From Octopus vulgaris (taxonomy: Eukaryota): 64,000 nucleotides of DNA. The stretch covers positions 2,976,001 through 3,040,000 of the forward strand of contig OX597843.1 of the NCBI GenBank assembly GCA_951406725.2, in the 5' to 3' direction. The notes beneath the pieces were generated by a model. It saw only the letters and a list, made by a program, of their open reading frames with translations, ran no database searches and was not told where the DNA came from. Within the stretch, counting starts at the first letter, position 1, and every line of letters begins with the position of its first letter. The translations under genes were made by a program, and so were the position numbers. This document shows positions 32,837 through 48,887 of the stretch, in pieces.

Positions 32837-32892
32837 TACATATATATTATATATGTATATATATATATACATATTTATACATATATATATAC

Positions 32893-32934
<42 letters not shown>

Positions 32935-32977
32935 ATATATATATATATGGATATATATATATGGATATATATGTATA

Positions 32978-33036
<59 letters not shown>

Positions 33037-33430
33037 GGATGCATATATATGTATATATATGTGTATATATATATATGTATGTATATATGGATGTATGATA
33101 TGTGTGTGTGTTGTGTGTTGTAATGATGAACAAGAAGCGTGAATAAGGATTGAAATGAAAGAATAAACAGCACCACCCTCGCCGCTATCAACCATCCACC
33201 CCCAACACGACCACCACCACGGACCACGAACGACATCAGTAGCAACACCGACGCCCCCTCCCCCACCTTTACACCGCCATCATCAACACCCGTACACCCA
33301 CCCACCCCACCTCCGAGACCGACAAATCTCTCAAAAGCTTTGCCATACCACCATCCACGCTCGCACACACATATACACACACTCACATCTATGCATACAT
33401 ATACATACATATACATACATACATATATAC

Positions 33431-33524
<94 letters not shown>

Positions 33525-33624
33525 GTACATATATATATGAATATATATATATGTATATATATGTATATATTCACAATATAGATATAGATATATATTTGTA
33601 TGTCAACATATATATTATTGATAT

Positions 33625-33744
<120 letters not shown>

Positions 33745-33813
33745 TAACAATTATGCATGTATCTATAAATATGTATATATAATTATGCATATGTGTGTAC
33801 GTACATCTAGGAT

Positions 33814-33849
<36 letters not shown>

Positions 33850-34219
33850 ATATATCTGTGTGTGTGAGTGTATGTATGTATATATACGAACATTTCTGTA
33901 TATGCGTATACATATACAATCATATATAAGAGAGGGCGTGTGTGTGTGTGTGTGTGTGTGTGTGTCTGCTTGTGTGTTTGTATGCGTGCGCGTGTGCGTG
34001 CACGTGTGTATGTGTGTGTGTGTTCCTAGCACCAACTTGGCTTGGTGTATATTTATCCATGCACGCGTGGGCTAAGTTTGGCGAATGTGTAAGTATGTAT
34101 GCATGTATGTATATTTGTATATGTGTGAGTGAATGTGTGTATAACTGTATATCTGCATACATAATTCGGTATGTATGATTATACTGTAATCTACGAATAT
34201 AGACGTACATATATATTTG

Positions 34220-34276
<57 letters not shown>

Positions 34277-34677
34277 GCGTATTCATTGATATGAATGCGT
34301 GTACATTAACCATAAGCATAGATGGTCTTATACGCGTAGTGTATACGCATACACATATGTGTATATATGTGTATATATGTGTAAGCCTGTGTGTCTGTGT
34401 GTCTTTCTATCTGTGGGTGCGCATGTGCATGTGAGTGTGTATGTATTAGTGCAGCAATAACACCCGTACATATATTCGTGATGTAATTATATATTTTTTC
34501 TTTTACAACCAACATGCATACGTGTATAATTGTGGATAGGTGTGGGTTGATTTATGTATGTATATATATGTATATATATTTCTACCTATGTCGATAAACT
34601 ATACATATGTGTATGCTTGTGTGTATATACGTATATGTATACTTTATCGACAAAGGTACAAAGATATATATATCTGT

Positions 34678-34701
34678 GTGTATGTATGTATGTATGTATG
34701 A

Positions 34702-34736
<35 letters not shown>

Positions 34737-34752
34737 TGTATGTATGTATGTG

Positions 34753-34784
<32 letters not shown>

Positions 34785-34866
34785 TGTATGTATGTATGTA
34801 TGTATGTATGTATGTATGTATGTATGTATGTATGTGTGTATGTATGTATATATGTATGTATGTATG

Positions 34867-34900
<34 letters not shown>

Positions 34901-35225
34901 TGCATGTATTTATGTATGTGTATATGTATGTATGTATGGATGTATGTATGTATGTATATATCTATGTATGTATGTATGTTTGTATGTATGTATGTATGTA
35001 TGTTTGTATGTATGTATGTATTTATGTATGTGTATATGTATGTATGTATGGATGTATGTATGTATGTATGTATATGTATGTATGTATGTATGTTTGTATG
35101 TATGTATGTATGTATGTTTGTATGTATGTATGTTTGTATGTATGTATGTATGTATGTATGTATGTATGTATGTATGTGTGTATGTATGTATGTATGTATG
35201 AATATATATGCATGTATGTATGTAT
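34678..35225. repeat. (TATG)n tract (similar tracts at 28050-28530 and 45495-45765)
   Basis: Directly visible. Confidence 0.95.
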
Positions 35226-35453
35226 CTGGACATACATGTTTACGTATGCATACATCTGGATATGTTACAATAATTGAATACATACATATATACCGCAACC
35301 CCAAACCATATATATATATATATATATACAAACTAAATCTTGTTTATAGATATCAATCAAAACACGTCGATCAATAGATTCTCTTAGATGAATATATTAT
35401 CTATTTCACATCATACTTCGTACCTATATGTTCCTGCATGTATTTCTATATAC

Positions 35454-35514
<61 letters not shown>

Positions 35515-35919
35515 TGTATGCATGATGTATGTATCGATAGACAGAGAATAGATAGACACATACATACACTTACATATATACATTTACATATATATATATA
35601 TGTATATGCATATATACATATATATATATGTGTGTGTATATAAACCCAAGGTGTGTAGTTAGTAGTGTAAATTATTATGACAAATATAACCTTCATTTTC
35701 CCTTATGTATCTATATATATATATGTTTATACATATATATACATATATACATATATATATATATATAAATATATATATGTATATATATAAATATGCCATA
35801 TATATATATACATATATACATATATTTATGTATATATGTATATATATGTATATATGTACATACATACATATATGCCATATATATATATACATATATATAT
35901 ATACATATATACATATATT

Positions 35920-36019
<100 letters not shown>

Positions 36020-36769
36020 TACATAAACACATCTTATCATAATCATTCGACATTTCGGAGTATTGTGAGCGGACTTCCGTCTAGGAACATTCCATATTAT
36101 TTTGGAAAAGTTTATATTAATTAATGAATTTCAAATGTTCAAAGAATGTATGTTTAATTACTTATATATTTATTACTTATCTGTCTCCCTTTATCATTAT
36201 TATTCCCTTTGATTAGGTATGTTCATGTTCGCGTCGAATACGAAATAACGCACTTGATGGACCATATGTAATCTTATAGATGGCGCTTGATAGTTCTTCT
36301 TTAATTTTGTTGTTTGTGACGATTACAAAATAAGTCTATTAATTGTTATACAACATATACGTGTGAAATATAATTTCATATGTATTTGGTGTATATACAT
36401 ATGTATATACATATATGTGTGTGTGTGTATGTTGTATACAAGCATACACATAGATTAGTATATATATATTTATATGCCTAATTAGTATACCTACACAGTT
36501 GCTAATTCAAACTTTTCCTACTATTTAGAAATATTTATCACAGGCTCATACATCAATTATATATATGTAGCTAGATATAGATATATAGATAGATAAATTG
36601 ATATACATATATATATGTAAATATCAATATACATACATATACATATATGTGTGTGTGTTTATGTTTGTGTGTGTATTTGTATATATATATATTAGTATAT
36701 ATATATGTGTGTGTGTATTACATGCATGTATACAAACACACTCAATTATTTATATATATTTATATTCCT

Positions 36770-37483
36770 TAAGAAAAATTCTATTGCCATATATGCCGAA
36801 AAAAAGACAAAATTGTCAATAACCATTATAATTTATGCGTCTCGAAACAAACCGATACAAATTTCTAAAAAACTCGGCATATTTGGCAATAGAATTTTTC
36901 TTTTGCCCTTATTTTGTAAATTATTTATAAATTTGACCTTCAAAGGTATTTTTTGATATGCTGGCCATTGATAAAAAAAATTTTTCCCGAAAAAATTTTA
37001 TCCTACATTAGTTATAAATCATATAGTGTTCACTTCCGGATTCTCTCACTCTGTGAAAGTTTCTAGTTCGAATCACACGTGTCTCGAGATGTGCCGAAGA
37101 TTTTCTATTTTGGATATATTTGGGGTATTTAGGTCTGCCCAGGACTTAGTGCTTGCTTTTTCCATGGGTTTGAGTAAGTATTTCACTTATATTTCACGTA
37201 TTTATCGCTGAAGAGGGGAAAATTCTTATGAATTAACCCCGAAATTGGAACCAATACGGTAATAACGGATTTTTTAGAGATTTCTATCGGTTTGTTTCGA
37301 GACGCATAAATTATAATGGTTATTGACAATTTTGTCTTTTTTTCGGCATATTTGGCTATAGAATTTTTCTTTCGCCCTTATTTTGGAAATTATTTATAAA
37401 TTTGACCTTTAAAGGTATTTTTTGATATGCTGGCCATTGATAAAAAATTTTTCCGGAAAAAAATTTTATCCTACATTAGTTAT
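36770..37483 (+). mobile_element. Non-autonomous Penelope-like element with pseudo-LTR architecture (inverted segment plus partial direct repeat)
   Basis: 36771-36871 is the reverse complement of 37270-37372; 36873-37016 is repeated at 37343-37483; internal hammerhead; ends in (TA)n. Confidence 0.75.
37203..37261 (+). ncRNA. Type-I hammerhead ribozyme, canonical core
   Basis: Stem I TATCG/CGGTA; CTGAAGA 37208-37214; stem II GGGG/CCCC plus AATTC/GAATT; GAAA 37241-37244; stem III TTGG-AA-CCAA; AUA site, predicted cleavage after 37256. Confidence 0.75.
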
Positions 37484-38299
37484 ATATATATATAAACTAT
37501 AAAACTATATATTAGGGTATGCCCATGCTGAAATAGCAGTCAAAACCCTGGCCCTAAAACCAGGGTATGGTATTTATTCCCATGCTGGCCACTAGATAAG
37601 ATCGATATTTAAATATCGATATCATCCTTATTTATAAATTTATATATATATACTTCTGGCCTTCGTAAATATATATGGGAACTAAAATCTAAAAATATTA
37701 AATGCAATTTAAATTGGGAGATAGTTTGTAAGGTAAAATCATATCGAATAGGTAGTCATTTTTGTTTCTTGTGTACTAACGAATTTAAGGAGATATTATT
37801 TACTAATACTAAAAACTGATTAATTCACTTGACGAACGAAAAATTAAATGTAGACATAAATTAAATTACTTATATAATAAGTTTAGCTAATTTGTGTATA
37901 TATATAAACCCTGTTTTATGTTACTAATTTTTGTAGTTATAATTTGTAGTAGTAAAATGTGTATGAATTAGCACGAGATTATATAGTCTGTATTACATAA
38001 TTAGAATAAGTTGAATAAGATAAAATAAATTAATTAATTAGTTAATGAAAATAGATTAAATTATAGAATTTTAGATTAATTTATGTTTATTATATTATGT
38101 GTTTTACGTAATTTTTCCTGTATATGGTATATTAAAGTTAATTTTTTTCTTATTCTCTCAGCTAAAATACATTTGTAATTTTCACAGGTTAAATACATAT
38201 TTTTCTCTTTCTTCTATAAATTATGTTTACGCCATATTTTCACGCGATATATATCTTATAAACGCTAAGTTCTGCGATTAAATTTTGAGTTAACGAAAA

Positions 38300-38785
38300 T
38301 CCTTCGATAAGATAAGTTATATTTTTATTTTTTGAAAATATTGTTAAATGTCTTTCGATTATGTATAGTTAATACACATATTTTTATATATTTATTTGAT
38401 AAAAGCATTTATTCTATTATCATTTTATCATTATTTATTATTTTAGACCTGATGAGTGACTACATTTTTAAATAGAATTAATTTTAGATGGATTTAATTT
38501 TAAATGGAATTGATTTTATTAATATTATCTATTTGAAAATATAGCCATGAAACGCGCGTAGTCTTTTTACTACTATTTACTATTGATTGTACTTCATTGA
38601 TTTTTAGAATAAGGTTTTTTGTATATGTTTTCTATGTGGTGGGAATAACATCTTTCATTATTGGATTGTTTAATAGAGGCTTTTCTCTAAATTATATGCA
38701 TATATTATATATATTGTGGAATTTGATTTAGAATTGTTAAATTGAATTTTTCCCTGTAAGTTTGGAATTGTATTCCCTACTATTA
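38300..38785 (+). mobile_element. AT-rich PLE-type terminal element hosting the 38445 hammerhead; related end on the minus strand at 54508-54592
   Basis: TTGAATTTTTCCCTGTAAGTTTGGAATTGTATTCCCT matches the reverse complement of GAGGGAATAAAATCCAAACTTACAAGGAAAAAAATTCAA. The left boundary is uncertain. Confidence 0.6.
38445..38564 (+). ncRNA. Type-I hammerhead ribozyme, canonical core with long stem II
   Basis: Stem I AGAC/GTCT; CTGATGA 38449-38455; 21-bp stem II with two mismatches; GAAAC-GCGC-GTA 38549-38560, predicted cleavage after 38560. Confidence 0.8.
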
Positions 38786-38814
38786 TATATAGATAGATAG
38801 ATAGATAGATACAC

Positions 38815-38871
<57 letters not shown>

Positions 38872-39031
38872 CACAGATAGATATACTTCCATACTTCATC
38901 TTATGTATTGTCTACTTGTGTATGTAGATGTGTATATATATGTCTTTATATGTATGCACACATGGATGTCGCACATGTACTTAATTTTGTACCATATTTT
39001 TTCCCTGCCACACCACCCCTCCATTCATGTC

Positions 39032-39147
<116 letters not shown>

Positions 39148-39244
39148 GCATGTATACATATGGATATATGTGTGTATACATATATATATATATATATATA
39201 CATATATACTTATACATATATATATATATATATATATTATATAC

Positions 39245-39300
<56 letters not shown>

Positions 39301-39302
39301 TT

Positions 39303-39385
<83 letters not shown>

Positions 39386-39390
39386 TACTT

Positions 39391-39425
<35 letters not shown>

Positions 39426-39613
39426 GAAGAGGAGTGCAAAAACGCTGTGAATATGAAATCGCAAATTCAATCTACCATTGGTGTAGCGAACAGAACTCTC
39501 ACCTGACGATCATGGTGGCGTGAAACGCAAGTCGGCGTGAAAAGGGATTCGCTTTAAATGAATTACGTATGCATATAGACGTGCGTGTGTCCGAATACGT
39601 GCCTGTGCGTGTG

Positions 39614-39652
<39 letters not shown>

Positions 39653-39860
39653 ATAATTATATATATATATATATATATATATTTCATTTATTATATATAT
39701 TGTATATACATGCCTGTCTTTGTGTGTCTAATATGTATATAGATATGTATCTATATAGTTATTTAAAATATGTATATGCATATATATATATATATATATA
39801 TAATGTATCTATAAATATACATAAAATATGTATATATATATATATATATATATTTATTTT

Positions 39861-39897
<37 letters not shown>

Positions 39898-39973
39898 ATA
39901 TATATATATATATATATGTGTGTATATATACATATTTTATGTATATTTATAGATACATTTATATATATGTATA

Positions 39974-40030
<57 letters not shown>

Positions 40031-40253
40031 CATGAATGCGTGTCAATAGTGAGAATGCGACAAATATTACATTCAATAGACTCCACATGACACGACAGCA
40101 TGCGGCACCACCACCACCGCCGCCGCCCCTCCGATACCACCACAACCACCATCGCCACGCCATCACACAATACAACACAGTTTAAAAATTTTTATCGTCT
40201 ATCATCGATTTGCTCGCATGATTAAGAGCTCATCACAATCTTAAAACATCATT

Positions 40254-40284
<31 letters not shown>

Positions 40285-40316
40285 TTTTCTGTTTTGCTTC
40301 GTCTCCATCTTCCTTC

Positions 40317-40348
<32 letters not shown>

Positions 40349-40949
40349 CTTCTTCTTCTTCTTCTTCTTCTTCTTCTTCTTCTTCTTCTTCTTCTTCTTC
40401 TTCTTCTTCTTCTTCTTCTTCTTCTTCTTCTTCTTCTTCCTCCTCCGCCACCGCCGCCGCCGCCATTTTCTTTCGTTGTCATTCCGAACTCTATCGCTTC
40501 TTTTTTTTTTTTTTCTCCCCCTCTTCTCGTTGACGTCGCCATCTTTTCTTTTATTCATTCATCTCTCATATTTTTCTTTCAATATTTTATTATTTTTGAA
40601 CCGCTGTTTTTTTTTTTTGCTCCTTCCCCATTTTTGTTGTGGGGGTGGGGGTGGGGGAGCGTTTTGTCTTTATTTCATCTCATTTATTCTTATATTTATT
40701 TATTTATTTCCCCATTTTTCTTTTTAAATATTATCTTCCATTATCTCCCATCGTCCTCTTCTTCTTTTTTCATGATATCCACCATTTTTGTCGCATTTTT
40801 CACTCAATTTTCTTCTTCTGCTTTTCTTTCATCCCATTCTTTACCATTTTCATCCATTTTTATATTGCATTTCACCTCTTTTTTTTGCTTTTTTTTCAAT
40901 TTTTTTCGCGAGGTATTCCTCCCATTGAGTTTTCATATTTATACATTTA

Positions 40950-41187
40950 TTTCTCGAAATTGTCGTTATACTTTTATCTCTTTATTACTCTCTTGAGTGT
41001 CTCTGTTCTAATTTACTTCTTTCTGTCATTATGTTCTACTTTGAGTGGGTCACGCTGCCAATATAAACACACGCACTGATTATATTATGTCACTTCGTTT
41101 TGACAGACTTCTACTTAAAATCCCCGCGTAGTTAATCAAAGCCTGTTAGTTACCATGGTAACACCCTATCTATCTATCTTTTACGCA

Positions 41188-41238
<51 letters not shown>

Positions 41239-41481
41239 TTCTTTCTCGAAATTCTCGTTATACTTTTATCTCTTTATTACTCTCTTGAGTGTCTCTGTTC
41301 TAATTTACTTCTTTCTGTCATGCTGTTCTACTTTGAGTGGGTCACGCTGCCAATATAAACACACGCACTGATTATGTTATGTCACTTCGTTTTGACAGAC
41401 TTCTACTTAAAATTCCCTCGCGTAGTTAATCAAAGCCTGTTAGTTACCATGGTAACACCCTATCTATCTATCTTTTACGCA

Positions 41482-41532
<51 letters not shown>

Positions 41533-41773
41533 TTCTTTCTCGAAATTGTCGTTATACTTTTATCTCTTTATTACTCTCTTGAGTGTCTCTGTTCTAATTT
41601 ACTTCTTTCTGTCATGCTGTTCTACTTTGAGTGGGTCACGCTGCCAATATAAACACACGCACTGATTATATTATGTCACTTCGTTTTGACAGACTTCTAC
41701 TTAAAATTCCCTCGTAGTTAATCAAAGCCTGTTAGTTACCATGGTAACACCCTATCTATCTATCTTTTACGCA

Positions 41774-41815
<42 letters not shown>

Positions 41816-42115
41816 TTTCTTTCTCGAAATTTTCGTTATACTTTTATCTCTTTATTACTCTCTTGAGTGTCTCTGTTCTAATTTACTTCTTTCTGTCATG
41901 CTGTTCTACTTTGAGTGGGTCACGCTGCCAATATAAACACACGCACTGATTATATTATGTCACTTCGTTTTGACAGACTTCTACTTAAAATTCCCGCGTA
42001 GTTAATCAAAGCCTGTTAGTTACCATGGTAACACCCTATCTATCTATCTTTTACGCACTCTCTCTCTCTCTGTCCTTCTCTCATTCTCTCTCTCTCTCTC
42101 TCTTCTCATTCTCTC

Positions 42116-42169
<54 letters not shown>

Positions 42170-42309
42170 CCCATAAAATAACTACATGTATTATATATAT
42201 TTACATATATTTTTTGAAGTATGTGATGCGTTGTGTTGACAGACTTCTACTTAAAATTCCCGCGTAGTTAATCAAAGCATGGTAACACCCTATCTATCTA
42301 TCTTTTACG

Positions 42310-42346
<37 letters not shown>

Positions 42347-42356
42347 ATTCTCTCAT

Positions 42357-42397
<41 letters not shown>

Positions 42398-42400
42398 AAC
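40950..42400. repeat. ~290-bp tandem repeat (four full units plus a partial one)
   Basis: Unit TTCTCGAAATT.TCGTTATAC...GTTACCATGGTAAC...(CT)n(CA)n; spacing 294, 292 and 284 bp. Confidence 0.9.
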
Positions 42401-42578
42401 ATACACTGTATTTCTCTCTGAACAACTTCTCCCCTTCTTCCCTTCTAAATATACGTTGTGGAAGGGGTTATCTCTCCTTTTGATTCCACCCCTTCTTCCC
42501 TCCCTCTATAAAGATGTTATTACAGACAGACTGACAGACTGACAGACGGGGACCAGCTTCTCTTTTATAATAAAGGAT
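42400..42578 (-). mobile_element. Probable Helitron 5' terminus
   Basis: Minus strand reads A|TCCTTTATTATAAAAGAGAAG...GTCTGTCAGTCTGTCAGTCTGTCTGT, resembling non-autonomous Helitron 5' ends. No 3' hairpin-CTAG was found. Confidence 0.45.
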
Positions 42579-42594
42579 TCGGTTTGACTGGTTA

Positions 42595-43074
42595 CCGTAT
42601 TTGGTGCCACATTTTTTTAAAAAACTGTCTTGAAAAAAACACCCTGGATCCTACAGGGGGGGTTGCTTTAATGCAGTACAGAATTTTGTGATTGGGTTGC
42701 GTCTATTACATCCCCGTGTATCTCATCTCTCTCTAACCGCTCAGTCGAAGTCGACTCTCGGTCACTCGTTGGATCAGTGTCCTCCAGTCAGTTCTATCCT
42801 GGGTCGCTTCCTTCAGACTGGCCATGTCCATTCCGGTATCACTCTTGATGGTGTCAAGCCAACGGGTTCTTGGTCGGCCTCTTCCTCTCTTGCCACTGAC
42901 CATTCCGAGCATGATGTCCTTCTCCAGGGATTTTCTCCGCATAATATGACCAAAATATGCCATTCTATGCTTGGTGATCCCAGCTTCTAGCCACATTTTC
43001 GGCCTAATCTGCTTAAGAACTTCTCCATTGGTGAGCCTCGCTGTCCATGGAATCTCTTATGTAACCAAATACGG
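42595..43074. mobile_element. TA-flanked MITE (Tc2/pogo-like CCGTA termini) interrupted by an RTE fragment
   Basis: TA|CCGTATTTGGT ... ACCAAATACGG|TA: 11-bp perfect terminal inverted repeat with TA duplication. Confidence 0.65.
42722..43056 (-). mobile_element. 5'-truncated RTE-clade LINE 3' end
   Basis: IPWTARLTNGEVLKQIRPKMWLEAGITKHRMAYFGHIMRRKSLEKDIMLGMVSGKRGRGRPRTRWLDTIK...DRTDWR...; short GAGA tail. Confidence 0.85.
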
Positions 43075-43250
43075 TATTTTTGTTTCCTAATCCCATTTCT
43101 TTCAGATTTTCAAAATTTTGTACTGGGATGGGTCACGTTGCCAATACAAACACACACGCTGCTTGTAATACTCTCTTTACTATTTACTCTTTTACTTGTT
43201 TTAGTCATTTGAAAGGTAACACGAAAAGCAAACTCATAATCGATCTACTA

Positions 43251-43330
<80 letters not shown>

Positions 43331-43332
<2 letters not shown>

Positions 43333-43645
43333 TTTACTCTTTTTACTTGTTTCAGTCATGTGACTGCGGCCATGCTGGAACACCGCCTTTAATCGAGCAA
43401 CTCGATTATATATATATATGCGTGTGTGTGTTTGTGTATATCTGTTTGTCCCCCTAGCATTGCTTGACAACCGATGCCTGTGTGTTTATGTCCCCGTTAC
43501 TTAGCGGTTCGGCAAAAGAGACCGATAGAATAAGTACTGGGCTTACAAAAAGAATAAGTCCCGGGGTCGATTTGCTCGATTAAAAAGGCGGTGCTCCAGC
43601 ATGGCCGCAGTCAAATGACTGAAACAAGTAAAAGAGTAAAGAGTA
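43331..43645. mobile_element. SINE family A tails in inverted arrangement (minus 43331-43405; plus 43410-43645)
   Basis: TTTTACTTGTTTCAGTCAT...GAGCAACTCGA versus TCGATTTGCTCG...ATGACTGAAACAAGTAAAA. Confidence 0.85.
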
Positions 43646-43684
43646 AGAGGATAATCAGGATGACAACGGTGGCAGTTGTAGAGG

Positions 43685-44635
<951 letters not shown>

Positions 44636-44884
44636 GTGCTGGTGCTGGTGGTGCTGGTGAGGAACGTCGGGTTGCTGGTGGAGTTACAGTGTATGTGTGT
44701 GTGTGTGTGTGTGTGCGTGGTGGGGTGGTGGTTTATACGGGTGGAATGTTTAACACCCGAAAACGACTGATAAGATTCCACTTGAAGAGAAAATTATTTT
44801 AAATGCAGTCACATACGCATTCGTGCACACAAACATGCATCTAGCTGTAGATGCACCCATACAAAACTACATGTACAAATGTAG

Positions 44885-44989
<105 letters not shown>

Positions 44990-45151
44990 TGCGCTTGTGT
45001 ACATATATACGCATGCATTAGTGTATATAATGTGGATACCTGTACTTATGTATACCAGTTGGTTACATTTTTAAACAATTATTCTGAAATGGGTCTACGC
45101 ATATACAGACACACACACACATATAAATATATACATACGTGTGTATTTATG

Positions 45152-45202
<51 letters not shown>

Positions 45203-45515
45203 ATACGTATGCATGTATGTATATATATATATGTATGCATGTATGTATGTATATATGTATTTAGGTATGTGTGTATATATATATATATACAAATGTATAT
45301 ATATATATATATGTATGTATGTATGCATATATGTATGTATGTGTGTATATACATATACTAACTATATGTATAGATGTTACATATATACATGTATGTACAT
45401 AGGCTTGTGTGCGTATATGTATGTATGCATGTATGTATCTATTGATGGATTGATGAATGGATGGATGGATGGATGGATGGATATACGTATGTAGGTATGT
45501 ATGCATGTATGTATG

Positions 45516-45549
<34 letters not shown>

Positions 45550-46326
45550 TGAATGTATGTATGTATGTATGCATGCATGCATGCATGCATGTATGTATGT
45601 ATGCATGTATGTATGTATGTATGCATATATGTATGTATGTATGTGTGTGTGTATGTATGTATGTATGTATGTATGTATGCATGTATGTATCTATGTATCT
45701 ATGTATGTATGTATGTATGTATGTATGTATGTATGTATGTATGTATGTATGTATGTATGTATGTATGGATGGATGGATGGATGGATGGATGGATGGATGT
45801 GTGAGAGATAATGGCGTGAAGAGGTCGGCGTTTTCGGCGGGGAAGTTGTTAGAAAATAACGCAGATATGGAAGAACAGGAGCGAGAGGCAGACGACACAA
45901 GACAAGAAAAGCAGACGACAGCGTGAGGTAGAGACAGAGATTGAGATACATGATCAAAGAGGGAGAGGGAGGGATTAAATGAGGGGCGAAGGAGAAGGAG
46001 AAAATATAATGGAGAGGCGGTGCTGTAGAAGTGAGTGTTAAGATTTCTAGAGCGATGACGCTGACACATATTTAAGTCTGTTCTGATGTCAACCGAAAAC
46101 TGTTTTTCAAAAAAATGTCAGGTTTACTGACCCGAGCGGTATTTCGTGAGGTGACTGATAATGTGTTAATAGCGACACCTACCGATCTTGAAGAGAGTTT
46201 GAAAACTGTGCGCAGACAACCGTGCGTGGTTATTATTGTCTGCACGGAGTCTCCAAGCGGAATGTGGTATGGATGGTTGGTCGGTCGGTCGGTTGGTTGG
46301 TTGTTTGGTTGGTTAGTAATGAGAGG

Positions 46327-46807
<481 letters not shown>

Positions 46808-46934
46808 ACTGTGACAGACAGAGACAGACACATGCACACACACATACTTACTCACACACTCACACACACGCGCGCACATGGACGAAGTTAATGGATGGAA
46901 GAATAAAGAGACAAACACACAGATGTTCTTCGGA

Positions 46935-46995
46935 CATCATATCCATACACTGCAACAGACCAAAATAGTATCTTAAAGATCCTTACCTGTCCACA
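46935..46995 (-). pseudogene. Tiny RTE-like ORF remnant
   Basis: [18 protein letters not shown] resembles the RTE post-RT motif K.R....V.SV..YG.E. Confidence 0.4.
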
Positions 46996-47183
46996 TATCA
47001 TGGACCAGGATAGAGTATGGGGAGCAGTTTGGGATTTGGGGTTGTGTATATAAGTTCCTAAGGAGGTAGATAAGTTAGGATTTGGATTAGAGAAAGACTT
47101 CATGTGCGCGCCGTAGCGGCACTTGAAATCAACAGGGCTGCCGATATAAACCTTTGGTCGGTTGGATCATAGTGGAATGGATG

Positions 47184-47568
47184 GGAGGCGCAATGGCCCA
47201 GTCGTTAGGGCAGCGGACTCGCGGTCAAAGGATCGCGGTTTCGATTCCCAGACCGGGCGCTGTGAGTGTTTATTGAGCGAAAACACCTAAAAGCTCCACG
47301 AGGCTCCGGCAGGGGATAGCGGTGATCCCTGCTGTACTCTTTCACCACAACCTTCTCTCACTCTTACTTCCTGTTTCTGTTGTACCTGTATTTCAAAGGG
47401 CCGGTCTTGTCACTCTCTGTGTCACGCTGAATATCCCCGAGAACTACGTTAAGGGTACACGTGTCTGTGGAGTACTCAGCCACTTACACGTTAATTTCAC
47501 GAGCAGTCTGTTCCGTTGATACGGATCAACCGGAACCATCATCGTCGTAACCGACGGAGTGCCTCCAC
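47184..47568 (+). mobile_element. SINE family C with tail type 3
   Basis: Same head as 18659 and 30976; a different 3' half ending CGTCGTAACCGACGGAGTGC. Confidence 0.85.
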
Positions 47569-47571
47569 CAG

Positions 47572-47700
47572 TGTTATTAACCGACATTTGTAGATTACAT
47601 TTTTACGCAGACATAAACCTCCAAGGGGACAAAGTTGAGACACCCGACAATTGCAGGTTTTCCTCGTTGCTCTGCAGTTGAAGTTTACCGCTGGGGAGAT
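47572..47700 (-). pseudogene. Penelope-like ORF fragment (Cys-rich linker before the GIY-YIG endonuclease)
   Basis: KTCNCRVSQLCPLGGLCLRKNVIYKCRL matches CNCR...CPL.G.CL...VIY. Confidence 0.75.
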
Positions 47701-47908
47701 CAGGTTCTTATGGCCAGTTATCAGTAAAGGAGAACTGGTGGTATAATCTGTATCGGTGTTGGATTGGGAGGGGGTGTCGCTGCTATTATATGTGGTCATG
47801 CATATATACATATGTATATGTATGTGTGCATGTATGTATGTATATATATGTATGTATGTATGTATGCATATATATACATATCTGGAGGAAAAACCGAAGA
47901 TTCAGAGA

Positions 47909-47968
<60 letters not shown>

Positions 47969-48015
47969 GATACAAGCAAAATGGTAACAGCTTTGACTGT
48001 GCATACACACACACG

Positions 48016-48123
<108 letters not shown>

Positions 48124-48242
48124 TGTATGTATGTATGTATGTATAGTTTTAAGATCCAATAGGGGTAGAATCAACAAAGAAATCCTCCAGCCAGAGTGTG
48201 TGTATATATAATTTTATAGAGATATATATATAATTACATATC

Positions 48243-48315
<73 letters not shown>

Positions 48316-48393
48316 ATGTTTGTGTATGTATCAATATATATATAGAAATATATGCATATGACTATGCAAACATACATACGTATATTTGCGTAC

Positions 48394-48460
<67 letters not shown>

Positions 48461-48695
48461 TATAGTCGGTTGCTAAAGGGTAGAAATGGTACACACAAAA
48501 CAGTACAGAGCAGGAGATGAACAAAACGTAGAACAAAAAAGTTACAAAAAACAGGCGACAAATAATGACACCAGGAAAAAACATAAATATGAAACTGAAA
48601 AACCAAAAGGCAAAAAGAGAATACTAACAACAAAACAAAAACAAGGATAGTTTGACTAAGCAGCGCCGCACGCCTCCATACACACACATGTGTAT

Positions 48696-48792
<97 letters not shown>

Positions 48793-48839
48793 CATACATA
48801 TATATATATATATATTTACATATTTATTTATATATAGAA

Positions 48840-48887
<48 letters not shown>

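Noticed and set aside
39498-39540. Hammerhead (CTGACGA...GAAAC-GCAA-GTC)
   Set aside because: Core nucleotides are present but stems I and II do not pair adjacent to the core.
40233-40466. MAAAAV-poly-Glu ORF
   Set aside because: (GAA)n microsatellite; only the adjacent YY1-like motif was kept as a note.
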